Part shown: positions 11,453-24,114 of the stretch, one piece after another
Position numbering within the stretch: the stretch's first letter is position 1
How the letters are laid out: every line of letters begins with the position of its first letter
From: Mycobacterium leprae TN
Lineage (GTDB): Bacteria; Actinomycetota; Actinomycetes; Mycobacteriales; Mycobacteriaceae
Assembly (NCBI RefSeq): GCF_000195855.1
Contig: NC_002677.1
Location: forward strand, 210,001 to 242,000
DNA length: 32,000 nucleotides
Direction of reading: 5' to 3'
Made by a program: the position numbers and the translations under genes
Notes under the pieces: model-generated
What the model saw: only the letters and a program-made list of their open reading frames with translations
Databases searched by the model: none
Told to the model about the DNA's origin: nothing

Positions 11453-11707
11453 ACCAAGAATTTAGAGCGTGTTCCACCTGCGACGGCCAAGCGGTCGTGC
11501 CGACGATTTCGGCGTCCATCGGTGGTAGGCGAGCTGACACGCAGGTCGTGCCGGCGCGGTCGCCCTAACGTGCGCTAGCGTTGATGATCGAATGCGCCGC
11601 AACGTAAGCGCTGCCAATTTGGGCGTTTATCCAACGGTGCGCATGGGAGCACAGCGTTGCACTGCAGCAGTGGCGCCGTGACGGCACTGGAAATAACAGG
11701 AGGAGTC

Positions 11708-12601
11708 ATGACCTACTTGCCCGGTAGTCCCGGATATCCACTCGTGCAGCCCGCCGGATCCTACCCCGGCGCGACACCTTCTTTTGTCAAAAGCGATGTC
11801 GGTGAGAGCCAGCTTTACCACTATTTGACGATCGCGGTGGTGGTACTCGGTTTGGCAGTGTATCTCGGAAATTTTGGCCCGACGTTTACATCGAGCTCCG
11901 ACATTGGTCCAGGCTCCGGTGGATTTGCCGGTGATGCCGGCACTGCGGTCGTCGTTGCGCTGCTGGCCGCCCTGCTTGCCGGGTTGGATCTGCTACCCAA
12001 GGCGAAGAGCAGCGCCGGGGTAGTCGGGGCGATCGCGGTTCTGGGTGCGTTGTTGGCAATCTCGGAGATGATCAATATGCCCGCCGGCTTCTCGATCGGT
12101 TGGGCTATGTGGTTCATTCTGGTTTGCAGCGTGCTCCAAGCGATTGCCGCCGTCGCCGCGCTTCTACTGGAAGCTGGCATTATCACTGCGCCGGCACCGC
12201 GGCTGAGTTACGATCCTTACCTGCAGTACGGACAGTACGGGGCTCAATCGTATTACGGGCAGCCGAATAGACAGCTTCAGGTCGGACTGAACGCGCACAG
12301 CCCGCAGCAGTCACCCGCCGGGTACGGGGCGCAGTACGGCGCTTATACTTCAAGCCCGACTCAGATCCAGGCAGGGATGCCGGCTACTGGCGGATTCAGT
12401 GCGCAGCACTCGGCGCAACAAGGACCATCCACCCCACCCACCGGCTTCCCAAGCTTTAGCCCGCCACCATCGGTCGGCGCGGCCGCCGGGTCGCAGGCTG
12501 GTTCGGCTCCGGTTAGTTACTCCAATCCCACCGACAGTAAGCAGGGCTTCGGCCAGGGTCGTGAGTCGACGTCGTCATCATCGGGGTCAGCGCCGGTTTA
12601 A
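11708..12601 (+). CDS. DUF5336-type membrane protein, 34 kDa antigenic protein homologue (Rv0954-like)
   Basis: ORF called from 11657, but the ATG at 11708 follows aggagg (RBS) and gives [26 protein letters not shown]; about four TM segments then a Pro/Gln/Ser-rich tail. Confidence 0.88.
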   Translation: MTYLPGSPGYPLVQPAGSYPGATPSFVKSDVGESQLYHYLTIAVVVLGLAVYLGNFGPTFTSSSDIGPGSGGFAGDAGTAVVVALLAALLAGLDLLPKAKSSAGVVGAIAVLGALLAISEMINMPAGFSIGWAMWFILVCSVLQAIAAVAALLLEAGIITAPAPRLSYDPYLQYGQYGAQSYYGQPNRQLQVGLNAHSPQQSPAGYGAQYGAYTSSPTQIQAGMPATGGFSAQHSAQQGPSTPPTGFPSFSPPPSVGAAAGSQAGSAPVSYSNPTDSKQGFGQGRESTSSSSGSAPV

Positions 12602-12613
12602 ACGGACGCTTTC

Positions 12614-13942
12614 GTGCCTAGCTGGGCAAATGCGCCAGGAACCACACGGGTGGGGGACAATCGGGCCGCGGGTGTTCGCCAGGCGCGTGACCTGGTAAAG
12701 GTCGCATTCGGTCCGGCGGTGGTGGCACTGGCCATAATCGCTGCGATCACCCTGCTCCAGCTGCTGATCGCCAACAGCGATATGACCGGCGCGTTGGGAG
12801 CCATCGCCAGTATGTGGCTCGGCGTACATCAGGTGCCGATCGCGATCGGCGGCCGCGAACTGAGCATAATGCCGCTGTTACCGGTCTTGTTGATGGTGTG
12901 GGCTACCGCACATAGCACTTCGCAGGCCACTTCTGCGTACTCGTCGTGGCTCGTTATCCGCTGGGTCGTCGCGTCCGCTTTGGGTGGCCCCTTGCTGATA
13001 GCAGCGATCTCGCTCGCGGTTATTCACGACGCATCGTCGGTGCTGACCGAACTACAGACGCCCAAGGCCTTACGTGCGTTCACTGGTGTGCTGGTGGTGC
13101 ATGCCATCGGTGCGGCGATCGGGGTGAATTCCCGGGTGGGTCGACGGGTGCTGACGGCATCGCGGTTGCCGGATTGGGTGGGTGATTCGGTGCACGCCGC
13201 GACAGCCGGAGTGCTGGCGTTGCTTGGGCTTTCCGGCCTGGTAACGGCGGGGTCGCTGGTTGTGCACTGGGCGACAATGCAAGAATTTTACGGCATCACC
13301 GATTCGATATTTGGCCAATTCAGCTTGACAGTACTGTCGGTGCTGTATGCGCCCAACGTGATCGTGGGCACTTCGGCTGTCGCGGTCGGTTCCAGTGCCC
13401 ATCTTGGTTTTGCGACGTTTAGTTCGTTCACTGTTTTTGGCGGCGATATCCCGGCATTGCCAGTATTAGCTGCGGCTCCCACACCGCCGCTCGCGCCAGT
13501 TTGGGTTGCCCTGCTGATCGTTGGCGCGGCATCTGGAGTTGCGGTCGGGCAACAATGCACTAGACATCCGCTGCCTCTTCTTGCCGCGCTGGCTAAGCTG
13601 CTGGTTGCGGCGGCGACCGGGGCACTGATGATGGCATTGCTTGGGTATGCCGGGAGCGGCCGGCTGGGCAATTTCGGCGATATCGACGTGGATCAGGGTG
13701 CCCTGGTGGTCGGGGTTTTTTTCTGGTTCGCGGTCGTCGGTTGGGTCACGGTGGTGGTGGCCTGCGGGATCAAGCGTTTTCCCAGACACCTCAAACCACC
13801 ACCGGCCCTGTCTTCCGAAGAGCACGCCGACGCATCGTCGAAAGACCACGAAGCGTACTTCGGCGTTGATCTCAACGTTCCTTTCGATCTCTCCGGAGAG
13901 GACGAAATACCCAAGGCTGAGCCCGGCGAGGCAGCGGATTAG
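12614..13942 (+). CDS. multi-pass integral membrane protein (Rv0955-like)
   Basis: 442-aa ORF with many hydrophobic helices ([22 protein letters not shown]; [12 protein letters not shown]; [22 protein letters not shown]) and an acidic C-terminus. The start codon may be downstream of 12614. Confidence 0.85.
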   Translation: MPSWANAPGTTRVGDNRAAGVRQARDLVKVAFGPAVVALAIIAAITLLQLLIANSDMTGALGAIASMWLGVHQVPIAIGGRELSIMPLLPVLLMVWATAHSTSQATSAYSSWLVIRWVVASALGGPLLIAAISLAVIHDASSVLTELQTPKALRAFTGVLVVHAIGAAIGVNSRVGRRVLTASRLPDWVGDSVHAATAGVLALLGLSGLVTAGSLVVHWATMQEFYGITDSIFGQFSLTVLSVLYAPNVIVGTSAVAVGSSAHLGFATFSSFTVFGGDIPALPVLAAAPTPPLAPVWVALLIVGAASGVAVGQQCTRHPLPLLAALAKLLVAAATGALMMALLGYAGSGRLGNFGDIDVDQGALVVGVFFWFAVVGWVTVVVACGIKRFPRHLKPPPALSSEEHADASSKDHEAYFGVDLNVPFDLSGEDEIPKAEPGEAAD

Positions 13943-13971
13943 CGCATCGTCGCCAAGACTACGCTCGCAGT

Positions 13972-14619
13972 GTGCAGGAACCGCTCTGTGTGTCCCCCAG
14001 TGCACCATCGCGGGTGGTGGTGTTGGCCTCGGGCACTGGTTCGTTACTGGGTTCACTGATCGACGCCTCTGTTGGCAATTACCCGGCCCGGGTGGTGGCC
14101 GTCGGTGTCGACCGTGACTGCGGGGCGACAAAGATCGCCAAGGCAGCATCAGTGCCGACCTTTACCGTCCGACTCGCTGACCCCCCCGGACGGGATGCCT
14201 GGGACGCCAAGATCACCGAAGCCGTCGCATCGTACAAGCCCGATCTGGTCGTCTTGGCAGGATTTATGAGAATCCTTGGGCCGCAGTTTCTTGCACGATT
14301 CTTTGGTCGCATCGTCAATACCCATCCGGCGCTACTCCCGGCATTTCCGGGTACGCATGGCGTAGCTGACGCGTTGGCCTACGGTGTGAAGGTCACAGGC
14401 GCTACGGTGCACCTAGTGGATGCCGGCACTGACACTGGGCCGATATTAGCGCAGCAATCCGTTCCGGTGCTCGACGGTGACGACACCGCGGCTTTGCATG
14501 AACGCATCAAGGTCATCGAACGACGGCTGTTGGTTGACGTGGTGGCCGTGATCGCGACAGGTGGCGTGACCTTGGTCGGCAGAAAAGCGACGATCGGACG
14601 AAAGGCAACCATAGAATGA
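13972..14619 (+). CDS. purN: phosphoribosylglycinamide formyltransferase
   Basis: 215-aa ORF: [17 protein letters not shown]; [10 protein letters not shown]; [46 protein letters not shown]. Confidence 0.96.
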   Translation: MQEPLCVSPSAPSRVVVLASGTGSLLGSLIDASVGNYPARVVAVGVDRDCGATKIAKAASVPTFTVRLADPPGRDAWDAKITEAVASYKPDLVVLAGFMRILGPQFLARFFGRIVNTHPALLPAFPGTHGVADALAYGVKVTGATVHLVDAGTDTGPILAQQSVPVLDGDDTAALHERIKVIERRLLVDVVAVIATGGVTLVGRKATIGRKATIE

Positions 14620-16199
14620 GCAGTGACGGCGAGCGAGACATGGCAAGAAAACCGATTCGCCGCGCGTTGATCAGTGTATACGACAAGACCGGTCTGATTG
14701 ACCTTGCCCAGGGTCTGAATGCGGCGGGTGTCGATATCGTCTCGACCGGATCGACCGCGAAAGCCATTGCCGATCAAGGGATTGCGGTGACACCTGTGGA
14801 GGAACTGACCGGGTTCCCCGAGGTACTTGACGGCCGAGTCAAGACATTGCACCCTCGGGTTCATGCCGGACTGTTGGCCGACTTGCGTAAACCTGAACAC
14901 GCCGCGGCGCTTGAACAACTCGGAATTGAGGCATTCGAACTAGTTGTCGTCAACTTGTATCCGTTCAGCCAGACGGTCAAGTCCGGTGCGACTGTCGACG
15001 AATGTGTCGAACAGATCGATATTGGCGGATCTTCGATGGTGCGAGCGGCCGCAAAGAACCATCCCAGTGTGGCGGTGGTCACCGACCCGCTTGGGTACGT
15101 TGGCGTGCTTGCCGCGGTGCAGGGCGGTGGGTTCACCCTTGCCGAGCGTAAAATGCTGGCTTCGATGGCATTTCAGCACATAGCGGAATACGAAATCGCC
15201 GTCGCTAGTTGGATGCAGTCGACGCTGGCGCCCGAACAGCCACCAACGGCGTTTCCGCAGTGGTTTGGCCGGAGCTGGCGTCGCTCAGCAATTCTGCGCT
15301 ACGGGGAGAACCCGCACCAGCAGGCGGCCTTGTACAGCGACCCCAGTGCCTGTCCTGGCTTGGCCCAGGCCGAGCAGCTGCATGGGAAAAACATGTCCTA
15401 CAACAACTTCACTGACGCAGACGCAGCCTGGCGTGCTGCCTTCGACCACGAGCAGTCGTGCGTGGCAATCATCAAACATGCCAACCCGTGCGGGATTGCA
15501 ATATCGTCGCTTTCGGTCGCCGACGCACATCGCAAGGCTCACGAATGCGACCCGTTGAGTGCCTACGGCGGAGTTATTGCCGCCAATACTGAGGTCAGCC
15601 TTGAGATGGCAGAGTACGTGAGCACCATCTTCACCGAGGTTATCGTTGCACCCTCCTACGCACCAGGCGCCGTCGACGTGCTGTCCTGCAAAAAAAACGT
15701 CCGAGTCTTGGTGGCCTCCGCACCGCTACGCGGTGGTAGCGAGCTACGGCCGGTCAGCGGGGGACTGTTGATCCAGCAACCCGATCAGCTTGACACGGCC
15801 GGTGACAACCCAGCGAACTGGACCTTGGCAACCGGATCACCGGCCGGCCCGGCGACGTTGACGGACTTGGTTTTTGCGTGGCGTGCCTGCCGCGCGGTGA
15901 AGTCGAACGCGATTGTGATCGCCGCCGACGGCGCCACCATAGGTGTTGGCATGGGTCAGGTTAACCGAGTCGACGCCGCTCGACTTGCCGTTGAGCGTGG
16001 CGGCGACCGGGTCCGTGGCGCAGTGGTAGCTTCCGATGCGTTCTTTCCCTTTGCTGACGGACTTCAGACGCTGGCCGCGGCCGGAGTCACGGCGATAGTG
16101 CACCCCGGGGGCTCCGTGCGTGACGCGGAGGTTACCGCAGCCGCGACCAAAGCCGGGGTCACTTTGTATCTCACCGGAGTTCGCCACTTCGTGCACTAG
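14616..16199 (+). CDS. purH: bifunctional AICAR formyltransferase/IMP cyclohydrolase
   Basis: 527-aa ORF overlapping purN by 4 nt (ATGA): [17 protein letters not shown]; [27 protein letters not shown]; [14 protein letters not shown]; [10 protein letters not shown]. Confidence 0.97.
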   Translation: MSSDGERDMARKPIRRALISVYDKTGLIDLAQGLNAAGVDIVSTGSTAKAIADQGIAVTPVEELTGFPEVLDGRVKTLHPRVHAGLLADLRKPEHAAALEQLGIEAFELVVVNLYPFSQTVKSGATVDECVEQIDIGGSSMVRAAAKNHPSVAVVTDPLGYVGVLAAVQGGGFTLAERKMLASMAFQHIAEYEIAVASWMQSTLAPEQPPTAFPQWFGRSWRRSAILRYGENPHQQAALYSDPSACPGLAQAEQLHGKNMSYNNFTDADAAWRAAFDHEQSCVAIIKHANPCGIAISSLSVADAHRKAHECDPLSAYGGVIAANTEVSLEMAEYVSTIFTEVIVAPSYAPGAVDVLSCKKNVRVLVASAPLRGGSELRPVSGGLLIQQPDQLDTAGDNPANWTLATGSPAGPATLTDLVFAWRACRAVKSNAIVIAADGATIGVGMGQVNRVDAARLAVERGGDRVRGAVVASDAFFPFADGLQTLAAAGVTAIVHPGGSVRDAEVTAAATKAGVTLYLTGVRHFVH

Positions 16200-17414
16200 A
16201 CTTCATGCGTTAAATTTGAGTCAAGCCCGGGGCTGGCGCAGCACCCGTATCGGGGTGGGGGGTACGCAATAGCGCTTGACTCGGCCATGTGCTGTGACAT
16301 ATGCACGAAACACTCACACGGTTATATATTTCCGGATGCCACTAAAATCTGCTGCTTATGTACCACTTGATGGAACGGGCGCCGGTCGTGAGCGACAACA
16401 TGTGCCGCTGGCTGTAGCTGTCGGACACGTGACGACTTCCCAATGTGACGGTGATACCGGAGCCGATCAACATAAAACTGCCTATAGGACATCGGTGCAG
16501 TACGCGGTAGTGCTCAATACTAAACTCCTGGTTCAGGGTTCTTCGATGCAGTCACGATCTTGTTCCGGCTGCCCGGCCACACATCGGGCGTAACACAAGC
16601 GGACTTCATACATAGTAACCTAAAAGCACTGCTAGTGCTGTAATGTGTTGGCAACCGCTACGCTTTCCAATCCTGCGGTAGTTCGTCGTTCGGCACAAAC
16701 CCGATGTAAAGCAGCAGGACATTATGAAAAATGACCGGATGCTAGTCAGCACTTTTTGCGGCGACTAGGGACAGTTTAGCTGAATCTCGGCGATGCCGAA
16801 CAACTGTAATCAGGTGCTGGCAATGCGGAATTTCTGGGGTCCATTGTGTTATTTGCCACCACGCGGTAGATCCACTACCCTGACCACAGGCCCTCTACTG
16901 GTACATCCATTCCTCCGTTTACATCGCTTCCTGTGTCCAAATCCTGGTCGTAGCCACCCCAGGTTCTGGGGTCCGTTCCATGGCACCGAGCGTTTGTAAA
17001 CATCTGATTATAGTGGAACATGCTTCTGATCGGAGTGATTGCCACTCTGGTCATGATGCATTCGCAGGAATAGATCATGCAAAAGCCGGAGCAGGGCGGT
17101 CCCGGTATCGGCCATGACGTTGGGCACGGCGGTATGCGGGTTGCCTAATGATGGTGCCCGACTGCTCGATCCATTTCCGATCTGGTCAGCGAGGTTGTTG
17201 CAGCGATGACGAAAATCGAGCATGGTCCAATCGGAATGCTGGTCGCAATTTATGCGCACTATCAACTTAGTTGGCCTAACAACCACGTTCGTCGTGTTAA
17301 TGCACTGACCATACTTTGGGGCTTTAGCGCGAACGAGTGCGCCGGGATCGGAGGTGTTGGCTACCGCACGTGCGCCGCATGCTTATTAGTGTACCGTCTC
17401 TACATACTTCCGAC

Positions 17415-17665
17415 TTTGGTATCGCTGTTTCAGCGAGTCTAGTCTTTGCTGGCAACATCGGTGCCGAAAACTGGTACGAATACATACACTGTGATCGGTG
17501 ACGCGGTCAACGAGGCTGCACGGCTAGCCGACTTTGCCAAGGCGGCGGACCGGAGAATTCCGTGTTTGTCGCCGGTCGTCGACCGCTCCGAGCTTGCTGG
17601 GCATGAACACTGGGTCGGACTATTCCACCGTATTGCGCGGTCGCGCATAAACTACGCACGTCTGG
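17415..17665 (+). pseudogene. class III adenylate/guanylate cyclase C-terminal remnant
   Basis: Frame 0 reads GIAVSASLVFAGNIGAENWYEY, then shifts to frame 1, TYTVIGDAVNEAARLADFAKAADRR. Confidence 0.65.
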
Positions 17666-18399
17666 GCGGCGACAAGCACCAACAGGCCCGGTGCGGAGGG
17701 TACACTGTATAGCATATATGTTACTGACGGTGCTCCAATAGCGCTAGCCAACTACCGCGCGGCGGGACTCGGCGGGGTCGACGACGATCCAGGCACGTAG
17801 TGCACCCCGCTCATCGGGGCGGTCGGGGTGGCCGCTGGGGTGTTGTCCGGCAAGGTGGGCGCTAATGGGCAGCTCGGTGTGGCTCTGTGGTGGGCACGGT
17901 TGATCGCAGTCCGGCTGGGGTTTCTTGTTGCCGCAGTGGCTTGGATATGGTGTCAGTGGGTAGCCAGCCGTAGCTGAAGGCCGAAATTCCTTCGGTGCCG
18001 AAATAACAACACACAACACTGTCGTCCTTTCTGTCAGGAAGCCTTATTTGAGGAGGTCCTCGTGCAAAAACTATCTAAATGCACTGTCAATTGCGTTTAG
18101 GATTTCTATGGGTGACCGTGTTTTAGTTATCTACGGTGGCCACCGCCTCTATTAACATAGCGCTTTTCTTGATTTAAAGTCGTGGACAGAATTCTGTTAC
18201 TGTGTTGGAGACTGCAGAACGCTTGGGAAAAATCTCGTATCATCCATTTTAGTAGCTTTACTCATGAACTGGTCATGTGCTATGCGAACTTCGCCTGTAG
18301 CCGAGTTATGATGATAGGGGTTTCGTATCGCCTGCCAACGTTATGCGAAAGCTTGCTGGACCGCACCGGACACAGCGGTAATGACCGAGAAAAATACTA

Positions 18400-19624
18400 A
18401 CAAATAAAGAATCTTCTAGCCCGCTAGATTATCGGCCAACACTTAGTCGGCATGAAGCAGGCCATGAAGCAGGAATTGCAGGGCGCCACGGATTAATACC
18501 GTAAGCGCTTCAACGAGATGTTTGACAATCTCAACAACCTGCTGGACAAACATGCCCGCGGTGAAAACACCCAGAAAAAATTTTCAAGAGTTAATGAACA
18601 AGCACGCGAGTTCTTTCCGGAGCACACGCGCAATGGTCTAGAGTTGTTTTACTCGCGGTAAAGCGGGTCGCAGTCGTGTAGCGATTCCGCAATAACCTGA
18701 GCGAAGAGTAACGTGACGAATTAGATACTTTGGTGCAGAACGCACTTGGATCACCACGGCTAATACAGGAGCTCAACCGACTGGACGCGCATCTGCGGGA
18801 CGCCTGTCCTGGCGAAGACTGGACCCGGGTAGCAGGAGTTGTCTGGTAACAATCCGTTCGGCATGGGTGAAGGCACCCAGGTGCTAGCCGATATAGCCGA
18901 GTTGGATACAGCTGTTGCTGAGCTATCCGGGCGCCGTCATGGACAAAGTGGATCGAGACGTGCTGCACGTCAGCTCGGCGACCGAGGATGCGATCGATAC
19001 TCAAGTAATTGGAATGCGCACTGGTCAATCCGGGGTTCCTGGATCGCGGCTTCGACGGCCAGTGGAGGCTTTCCCCCCCCAAGACTATACACTAGCTAGG
19101 TGAGACGATGTTAAATGATATTATGCCACAACTCTCCGTTCGTCGCGGCTAACGTGACCACCGGCACACCAGGGCTGCCTGCTAGATCACCAGCATGACT
19201 AGCCCGTGACAGTTTGGTGACATCGATTCGTGGCACATCCCCACACGTTGACCAATGCGGTGCTGCGAGCGGCGAGAACAGCTACCGCCGGGTAAACGAT
19301 TCGGATAGCAGTCGCCGACGTGGAAGTGTCCGAGACCTACTACGCGTGCGCCGGATACAGTTGCTTTTGGGTGGATACTTCGTTTTCCATGTTTATGGAG
19401 AATAGCTGGCTGAAGATGAAGCGAACGGAGCTTGCTCTCAACCACCTGGTGTGCACACAGTTACGATTGGATGTCTTACAAATAATCGCATTTGGGCATT
19501 AGCCAAGTACGGTGACAGCTACCGAACTGGCCGGGTTAAAAGGTTTCTATGCGCAAAGCATAAACCAAACCCTTGCATCACGCTCTCGCGCTGGCGATCT
19601 GCCACGTGGCTTGCACCCCCACGC
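18400..19624 (+). pseudogene. Rv0959-like VWA-type protein, N-terminal/central part; 3' end missing here
   Basis: Shifted-frame fragments: LVGMKQAMKQELQGATD, FDNLNNLLDKHARGENTQKKF, REFFPEHTRNGLELF, SGNNPFGMGEGTQVLADIAEL, YPGAVMDKVDRDVL, VDTSFSMFMENSWLKMKRTELALNHLVCTQLRLDVLQIIAFGH, LHHALALA. Confidence 0.8.
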
Positions 19625-19646
19625 GGGGGGGGGGGGGGGGGGGGGG
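19625..19646 (+). repeat. 22-nt poly-G homopolymer
   Basis: Direct reading of line 19621: acgc followed by 22 consecutive G then cagc. Confidence 0.97.
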
Positions 19647-20499
19647 CAGCCGGGCTGTTCGGCGTAGGTTTGCCCACAGCAAATCGCATACATAAGTTAC
19701 ATTTCACAGTGAAGGCGCACCAGGCGGCGGTCGCGCTTCATGGTTCATGTGCGGCATCGTAGTGCCGCACATGAATGCATCTGGCGATACACGTCTGATC
19801 GACCCATTCGTGCGGCCGACGTGAGCCGGCGAACTAATCTGCAGGCTAGCCATTACCTAGCCCAGCTGCAGTTCGGACGTCGAACACCGACGCAGCACCG
19901 CGGTCCTAATCGGCGATTACTACTTTCAGTCAACGGCGCCAAAACTGACATCACCGCTAGGGTACGGGCCTACTACGTCGTCACTACAGTGCGCACTAGA
20001 AGATCCTGCCGGCGAGTGGGTTTGCTACTTGTATGTAGAGAAGGGAACGCCCTGCATTGAGGTCAGCAGCAAGATGGACTTACGGTACTCAGATACCGCC
20101 AAGCTGTGCTACGTCAACACGTGGGTGCCGCGCGGATAATCTGACTAGGTGCCGAGAACACCGGCGTTGAGCAGATCGCACAGGAATTCGTCTTCGAATT
20201 TATCCCCCTTGTGCCAAGTAAGCATACTCGAGTTAGCGGCCATCCCTGGACATTAGACCGTACAGTGGTGCAGCTACCGGGAGACGTTAGACCTACCGTT
20301 GGTGTCCCGAACAAACGGTGAAGAACACTCTCGCCGAGATAGCCGGCCGCATCGACATGGCAAATGGATATTTCACATAATCTCGTGGAGAGTTAGCTGG
20401 CGGATGAGACGACCCTGATCCTGCAGGTGTGTTGCGCGCAGAATACGGATTGTAGAGGCAGGGTACAGGGTTGCCAACCAAGCCTTGCAGTTGTTAAGC

Positions 20500-21620
20500 T
20501 AATCTATGTTGTGCCCGAATTTGAATTTGGGCGCCAGAAGGAAGCATCCTCGGTGGGTAGGTGTTCCGTGGCCTGACCTGCCTTTAGACGTCAGGAGTCA
20601 CCACAATCGCTCTGGTGTTCGGCAACTCAACCTCCTCCGGTGCCTTACGTGCCGGAGATGTTCGATCACGTGGCGATGTTCAAAGGACTTTCTTTGGCCC
20701 TGAACGCCGTTGGTGAAGACGATAATCGACGAGGAGCTCGATAATCAGTCTCTTGGTGTAGTCGAAATGCATACCCAACTATCGGATTTGGCCGACTAAT
20801 TAACTGTAGACGAACTCTATACCATAGGCATAGGTCGCCACGGTCTAGCAGGCCAACCAGGGGCTTTCCCCTCGGCTGGTGACCAAACGGCTGTTCGATA
20901 CAGAAAAATCGATCGCAATCATGCCCACAGATCTGTGTATCCCACCCTACCCTCGTCAGGGTGATAGCCTATCATCGTTGATGGCTCCGACTTCGACGAA
21001 TTCAAAACGCTGTACGGTTCGTCGCCGATGACCAGCTGGGTCAAGTTGCACAGATACACACTGGACATCCTGGCCAACGCGCGGTGCGTGTTGTTCAGCG
21101 AGGAGTCTGAGAAAAGCCATCCAGTTCATTGCGCTGGCTAACCGCTTCGACAAGCTATTGTTGTTCCTGAACAACAATAGCGGACACATGGTGAGCAAAG
21201 ACGATGAAGAGAGCGGCATGATCAAGCACGGCTCGATGATGATCAACGCCGTGTCCAACTCTATTGTTCCGCATATCTCGTTGCTGATCGGTACGGCGTA
21301 CTGAGCCGAACACTACGGCGTGTATGGACGCGCCATATAACTCTCGGTTATTTTTCTCACCTGAACCGACGCCAACTCGGCGATGAAGGGTGGCGCCCAA
21401 CTGTCCAGCTTGCTGTGGATCCTCGCCCGTACGGCCGCATAAGTCCTCGGTCAAGACGTGGATAATGCTGCTAGCTTTGCTATGAGGGTTGCAGTTTAAG
21501 GTCAAATCGAAGCCGAGTCGATGCCGTTGGTGTTGTCTAGGATGCTCTGCGATCACAGGGTGATCGACCCCCACGCGGCAGCCGAACAGTACTAGGAATG
21601 TGTTTGTCCGCTATAGACAA
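20500..21620 (+). pseudogene. accD2: acyl-CoA carboxylase beta subunit (carboxyltransferase) remnant, AccD2-like (Rv0974c)
   Basis: IALVFGNSTSSGA; DGSDFDEFKTLYGSSPMTSWV; NSGHMVSKDDEESGMIKHGSMMINAVSNSIVPHISLLIGTAY; GVIDPHAA, with stops and frameshifts between blocks. Confidence 0.85.
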
Positions 21621-21665
21621 TGACACGAACAAAAGGACATAGAATTTCGGCGCTTTCCGTATGTT

Positions 21666-23410
21666 ATGCGTATGGGAATCACTCGAGTGCTGGTTGCGAA
21701 CAGGGGCAAGAGCGCCCGGAGGATGCCCGTTATCTGCAGTCGACTGGGTTTGGGCCCCGTAGCCGTATACACGGTCCAGGATTTCTGGATCACCGCAAGT
21801 GGCAAAGACAGATTCCTGGGTCGAGTTGCCGTACACCAAAGGTTGCTTGAATGCCTCGCACGATGGACACCTTGCCGCTGCCCATGCTTCCAGTGCACCC
21901 TGGCGATGGATGCCTTTCGGAGAATCTCGACTTCGTGACCGCCTAGTCCGGTTCCGACTAGCGGCGCGTCGCGGTGGCGCTCAAGACCGAGTCCAAGAAA
22001 CTCACGGCAACGGAAGGATTATCGGTGCTCGACGCATTATAATTCGCATCTTGGTCACCGAGGATTAGTTGCCAATGTTGGTTAAGACCTTAGTCAGGGG
22101 GCGGTGGACGGGGTATGCGAGGGGCTAGCGAATTATTAGCCATGCCAGCAGAAGTCTCCGCAGCCCGGCACGAAGCGCAGTCCGCCTTCGGCGATGCGCC
22201 TGTGTTCTGCGTATGCTAATTGTCCAACGGACATCATGTTGAAGTGCAAGTTTTCGCCGACACCAACAGCACCATGTGAGCAGTCGGAGATCAGGCATGC
22301 TCTATTCAGCGCTGCCACCAAAAGATCATCGAAGAAGCGCTGTCGACGCTGCTCGGGCGCACAGCATGTATGCGAACCAAACTTTTCGACGCACCCCAGA
22401 TTGGACAAGAGTAATCGGTCCCATCGGCACCGGAACGGTGAAGCTCCTAGCCTATGACGATGGTAATTCTATCTCTGGTAGATGAACGCCCGCCTGCTGG
22501 TCGAGCAGGCGGTTACCGAAGAAAACACCGAGCTCAATCTCGCTGAACTGCAGCTTACAGTGGCCTATGGGAACGAGACATTGACGTCGATCCTGTACTA
22601 AAGTAATCGATCTCGATCGCAACCTGGCTTTACACCGAGGATTCTGTGCACTGCTGACAGCAACAAGCCATCCTGGTGCACATGATCTACCGACCGACGG
22701 TTAGTGCCGAAATTTTGTTCGCTGGAACAGCGAAGAGGGATCCGACTGGATTCCGGGATTGTGGACGAATCCGCGATGTCGATACTATGACCCGATACTT
22801 GTCAAGGACATCTCTACCACGCTCTGACGCGTCGTTAATCGGCAGTGACGCTCGCTGAAGCGATGAGCAGCGCTCGGCTGCACGGTATGCACGCCAAACC
22901 GTGAATTGCTGGTTAAAAGTTGCGTCAAAGCAGAGCTTTTCTCGACAATTCCATCAGATACCACATTTTTCGATACCCACAACGTGGCGAAGCTGTCGGC
23001 TCCGCTAGCCAACGATAAAGCGATAGGATCATCGGTTCCGATCTCACTTACGGTGCTGCTGGCAGCACGGTTCGGCCACCGTGGACGGGGTTTTGCTGGC
23101 CAACGGGCATAGGGTGGCCTACCGCCTCGCGGTTGTTCGTTACGACCCCAACAATCAGAACATGTACGCCGATTCGGCGCGCGGTTTCGTTAACATGCTC
23201 GCACTGCCACGGTTGCCCAAATTTCGTTAGTCCATTTAACAGAAATCTCTGGTTGCAGCCATGCCAGGCAACGTCATCCCGCTTGGCACCACGGTTCCGG
23301 TACATCCACTGTGCGAAGGTGTGGACCGGTAGGCCGACGGCATACTGACCCAGCTCAACGTCAATACCGATCAACAAGCAGCACTTGGCGTCGTCCTGAC
23401 CACGGGTGGA
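21666..23410 (+). pseudogene. accA2: acetyl/propionyl-CoA carboxylase alpha subunit remnant, AccA2-like (Rv0973c)
   Basis: ITRVLVANRGKSARRM..LGLGPVAVYT; FLSENLDFVTA; AFGDAPVF; HHVEVQVFADTNSTM-AVG-QACSIQRCHQKIIEEA; MNARLLVEQAVTEENTELNLAELQL; SLVAAMPGNVIPLGTTV; ADGILTQLNVNTDQQAALGVVL. Confidence 0.88.
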
Positions 23411-23444
23411 AGCTCCTGACCATTAAGTGATCAAGAGGGCGATC

Positions 23445-24112
23445 CGTAGTGACCGATACCAGCTTTATCGAAAGTTAAGAACGCCAAGAGCTTCGCAAAG
23501 GTGGTGGGCTACCCTGGTAGCCAACTACGGTCACGAGTATTTCTTGGAAAAGGCGAGTTCTCACCAGAACACCAACGAATTATACTCCGAAAAAAGCAAT
23601 CTCGTATTTCTCGATGATGTGCCTCTGCTCGCCGAAGCACTCGTAGTAACCTAGGGTGCCGCAATCGCACAGCTTTTCGCGGGCTTGAACCCCGAACGCA
23701 TTATGGGCGCGTCCAGCGCCATGGTAATGTCATGCTCCACGCTCGATAAGGCCAGCGACTACGTTAAGATCGGCAAAGTCCGGTCCACCCCGATAGATAC
23801 CCATCAGGTTCTGTCACATACGTTGACGCAGAATAACATTGATATCTAATTCGCGAAGACGATACAGAAGACTTCAACACTCTACGACAACGGCGGCGAC
23901 TTTGGCGCGGCCTAGGCCGTCAACATGGCCAAATACGCAGAATCCGGACATGCGGGCAGCCAAGCCATGCAATCAATGGGCGACAACGAGCTGACCTAGG
24001 AGTCAGGCGGTGGAGCAGCGATAACCTCAACCAGGCTCGCACGGATCGTGCCGATTAGTCGCGAGATGGTACTGAGTTGCACAAACATCGCTGGTGCTGT
24101 CCCAGCTTACTG
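23445..24112 (+). pseudogene. fadE10: acyl-CoA dehydrogenase remnant, FadE10-like (Rv0972c), internally deleted
   Basis: DTSFIES-ERQELRKVV; HEYFLEKA; FLDDVPLLAEALVVT; LFAGLNPERIMGASSAM; NMAKYAESGHAGSQAMQSMGDNELT; ISREMVLSCTNI. The blocks fit within ~670 nt against an expected ~1.15 kb gene. Confidence 0.8.
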
Positions 24113-24114
24113 AT

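Noticed and set aside
13466-14149. 227-aa - ORF spanning the Rv0955-like/purN junction
   Set aside because: Antisense to two good genes; no domain features.
19519-19707. 62-aa - ORF with poly-proline run
   Set aside because: The proline run is simply the translated poly-G homopolymer; no coding evidence.
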